Shown here: positions 61,559 through 64,000 of the stretch, one piece after another | How positions within the stretch are numbered: the stretch's first letter is position 1 | Layout: every line of letters starts with the position of its first letter | Assembly: GCA_964418255.1 (NCBI GenBank) | Contig: CAYQKV010000001.1 | Coordinates: 150,901 to 214,900, forward strand | From: an uncultured Christensenella sp. | GTDB lineage: Bacteria; Bacillota; Clostridia; Christensenellales; DTU072 | Length of the DNA stretch: 64,000 nt | Reading direction: 5' to 3' | Program-made: the position numbers and the translations under genes | Notes under the pieces: model-generated | Told to the model about the DNA's origin: nothing | What the model saw: only the letters and a program-made list of their open reading frames with translations | The model's database searches: none

Positions 61559-63487
61559 TCAGGTCTGAATGAACTTCGCTCCTTCTCCTTCGTCGCTTTC
61601 TCCCGCCTGTTTGCCCTGGAACTGGGACAGATACAAATCTCGGTAGAAACCGCCTTTTGCCATAAGCGTTTCGTGATTACCCTGTTCCACTACGTCGCCG
61701 TGGTTCATTACGAGAATTACTTCTGCGTGTTTTATAGTGGAAAGTCTGTGCGCGATAACGAAACTCGTCTTGCCTTTCATCATATCGAGCATTGCGCTCT
61801 GGACGTATTTTTCCGTTCTTGTGTCGACCGAGCTCGTCGCTTCGTCCAGAATTATAATCTTCGGGTCTTTCAGTATCGCTCTCGCTATGGTAAGCAACTG
61901 TTTCTGTCCTTGCGAAATGTTCGTACCGTCGTCGTTAAGCTCGGTATCGTACCCGTGCTCCATACTTTCGATAAATTCGTGCGCGTGCGCTTTCTTCGCC
62001 GCTTCGATGACGTCTTCACGCGTAGCGTCTTTCTTTCCGTAAGCGATATTGTCCGCTACCGTTCCTTTGAACAACCAGGTATCCTGCAAAACCATTCCGT
62101 ACAGACTGCGCAAGTCGTCTCTGTGCATAGTCTTAATATCCACGCCGTCTACCGTAATAGTTCCTTTGTTGGTTTCGTAGAACCTCATAAGCAAGTTGAC
62201 AAGAGTGGTCTTTCCTGCGCCGGTAGGTCCGACGATTGCTATGCTGTCACCCGAATTTACGTGCAAGTTCATATCGGTTATCAACGGTTTATCTTCCGAA
62301 TAACTGAACGCGACGTGCTCGAAATTGACTTCGCCCGTCATCATACTGACGTCGGTATGTTCTCTGTCGGGTTCCTGTTCTTCGAGGTCGAACATCTTGA
62401 ACACACGCTCCGCGCTCGCTATGGACGACTGTATCGTGCTCGCTATGTTACTGATATTTTCGACCGGCTGAGCAAACTGTTTCGTATACTGTATGCACGC
62501 CTGAATATCGCCTATACTGATTACGCCGAGTCCCGCGCGATAACCGCCGAGAATACAGATGCTGACGTAAGTCGCGTTGTTGACGAGTTTTATAAGCGGC
62601 AAAATTATACCCGCGAGGAACTGTGCTTTTCTCGTCGCTTTCAAAAGCGTAGCGTTGATTTCCTCGAACTTCGCTATACTGTCTTCCTCGTGGTTATACA
62701 GCATTACTACGCGGTGTCCCGCATACATTTCCTCTATATGTCCGTTAAGAAGACCTATGAGCTGCTGTTGTTTTGCGAATTCTTTCTGGCTCTTTTTTAT
62801 TACGAGCATACTTACGAGCAACAAGAGCGGCACGCTGCAAATCGTGACGACCGCCATTACCCAGTCCAGTCTCGCCATCATAAATATAACGCCCGAAACC
62901 GTCGTAACAACGGTAATCACCTGGTTTACGGTATCCTGCAAAGTAACCGAAACCATTTCTACGTCGTTGGTAAGTCTCGAAAGAATTTCTCCCGTAGGCG
63001 TGCCGTCGAAGTATTTGAGCGCGACGTTATCGAGTTTTGTCTTTATATCGTAACGCATTCTTCTTACGACGTGCTGCGCCATCGTGGCGGCGATAAGACC
63101 GCCTACGAACGTGAATACCGCGTTAAGGCAATACAGCCCGCCTGCAATCAAACATATTTCTCCGACGTATCCCATATCCATAGAATCCGTTTTGAAATAC
63201 TGGATACTTTCCGCCATATAGTTGGTTACTTTTTTGAGAATATCGGGTACCCACACCGCGAACCACGCGCCTACCGCGCTTATAACCATCATAAGGATAA
63301 GTGCGACGAGCTCGGGTCTCATATACTTTATAAGCCGCACGACGGTTTTGCCGAAGTTTTCCGCGCCCTGAACTTTTTCGACGTTAATCGAACTCGCTCC
63401 GAACGCGCCCGACATATCCATTTTGCCTACGGCGGAGACCTTCTCTTGTTCTACCTTAAATATTTCTTGACCTTGCTCTTCGTTCAT
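61559..63487 (-). CDS. ABC exporter half-transporter (N-terminal six-TM domain plus C-terminal ATPase)
   Basis: 642 aa. Walker A GPTGAGKTT, signature ISQGQKQL, Walker B IIILDEATSSVD. ATGA overlap with the upstream partner. Confidence 0.9.
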   Translation of the reverse strand: MNEEQGQEIFKVEQEKVSAVGKMDMSGAFGASSINVEKVQGAENFGKTVVRLIKYMRPELVALILMMVISAVGAWFAVWVPDILKKVTNYMAESIQYFKTDSMDMGYVGEICLIAGGLYCLNAVFTFVGGLIAATMAQHVVRRMRYDIKTKLDNVALKYFDGTPTGEILSRLTNDVEMVSVTLQDTVNQVITVVTTVSGVIFMMARLDWVMAVVTICSVPLLLLVSMLVIKKSQKEFAKQQQLIGLLNGHIEEMYAGHRVVMLYNHEEDSIAKFEEINATLLKATRKAQFLAGIILPLIKLVNNATYVSICILGGYRAGLGVISIGDIQACIQYTKQFAQPVENISNIASTIQSSIASAERVFKMFDLEEQEPDREHTDVSMMTGEVNFEHVAFSYSEDKPLITDMNLHVNSGDSIAIVGPTGAGKTTLVNLLMRFYETNKGTITVDGVDIKTMHRDDLRSLYGMVLQDTWLFKGTVADNIAYGKKDATREDVIEAAKKAHAHEFIESMEHGYDTELNDDGTNISQGQKQLLTIARAILKDPKIIILDEATSSVDTRTEKYVQSAMLDMMKGKTSFVIAHRLSTIKHAEVILVMNHGDVVEQGNHETLMAKGGFYRDLYLSQFQGKQAGESDEGEGAKFIQT

Positions 63488-64000
63488 AGTCCTAATTCCT
63501 CCGGGCTCATCTGACTTAGAGCAATGTCACGGTAAAGCTGACAATTTCTTATCAATTCCGAGTGTTTGCCCTTTCCTACCATCTTTCCGTCGTCCATAAC
63601 GATGATTTCGTCCGCGTCCATTATGGTTCCTATACGTTGCGCGACGATGATAACTATACTTTCTTTCGTCACTTCTTTAAGCGCGGTACGCAAACGTTTA
63701 TCCGTCTTGAAGTCGAGCGCGCTGAAACTGTCGTCGAATATGTAAATTTCCGGTCTGCGGGTAACCGCGCGCGCTATGGAAAGTCTTTGTTTCTGTCCGC
63801 CGGAGAAGTTCTGTCCGCCCTGCTCTACCGTGTAGTCGAGCTGTCCTTCCTTTTCTTTGACGAACGCGTCGCTCTGCGCTATTCTGAGCGCGTCCCACAT
63901 TTCATCTTCGGTTGCGTCTTCCTTTCCGTAACGCAGGTTGTCCGCAATCGTACCGCTGAACAGTATGCTCTTTTGAGGAACGAAACCGATTTTCTTTCTG
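63484..64000 (-). CDS. ABC exporter half-transporter, C-terminal ATPase part only (partner of 61559..63487); the gene continues past the window end
   Basis: The frame is open to base 64000 (hand translation ...IGFVPQKSILFSGTIADNLRYGKEDATEDEMWDAL...). FSGGQKQRLSIARA signature and IYIFDDSFSALD Walker B. Confidence 0.85.
   Translation of the reverse strand, partial: RKKIGFVPQKSILFSGTIADNLRYGKEDATEDEMWDALRIAQSDAFVKEKEGQLDYTVEQGGQNFSGGQKQRLSIARAVTRRPEIYIFDDSFSALDFKTDKRLRTALKEVTKESIVIIVAQRIGTIMDADEIIVMDDGKMVGKGKHSELIRNCQLYRDIALSQMSPEELGL

Overview
This 64-kb window looks like core chromosome of a low-to-moderate-GC Firmicute, probably a clostridial and possibly spore-forming lineage. The evidence is a Spo0A-type regulator, a T-box leader, a PyrR attenuator and a B. 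subtilis-like yicC-gmk-rpoZ-coaBC-priA-def-fmt-rsmB-rlmN-rsgA-rpe gene order. Almost all genes from 13.9 kb onward lie on the minus strand. Most content is housekeeping:
- translation and ribosome biogenesis: der, rqcH, leuS, proS, obg, rsgA, rlmN, rsmB, fmt, def
- replication and repair: priA, ligA, pcrA, nth
- central metabolism: gap, pgk-tpiA-gpmI, pckA, rpe, asd-dapB, sdaA, pyrR-pyrP
- two stand-alone tRNAs: Glu-CUC and Ser-GCU
- three FtsX/MacB-type or exporter-type ABC systems

I found no CRISPR array, transposase, integrase, prophage or recognisable defence operon.

The most unusual items are:
1. Two diverged copies of a roughly 200-bp intergenic element. It has 20-bp imperfect terminal inverted repeats, flanking direct repeats and a hairpin that covaries between copies. 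Each copy sits 16-17 bp upstream of a promoter -35 box.
2. A Spo0A homolog with an atypical receiver domain and 0A-box-like sites upstream.
3. A monocistronic gene for a poly-Cys N-terminus fused to a BclA-C-terminal-like domain.
4. A 923-aa regulator with a degenerate STAND-like N-terminus, helical repeats and a C-terminal SARP (wHTH+BTAD) module, translationally coupled to an RlmI-like methyltransferase.
5. rsgA, which has no canonical start codon and probably initiates at ATT.
6. Several apparently leaderless genes.
7. Gene-length antisense ORFs that are explained by codon choice.

All protein family calls come from motif recognition by eye. No database search was run.
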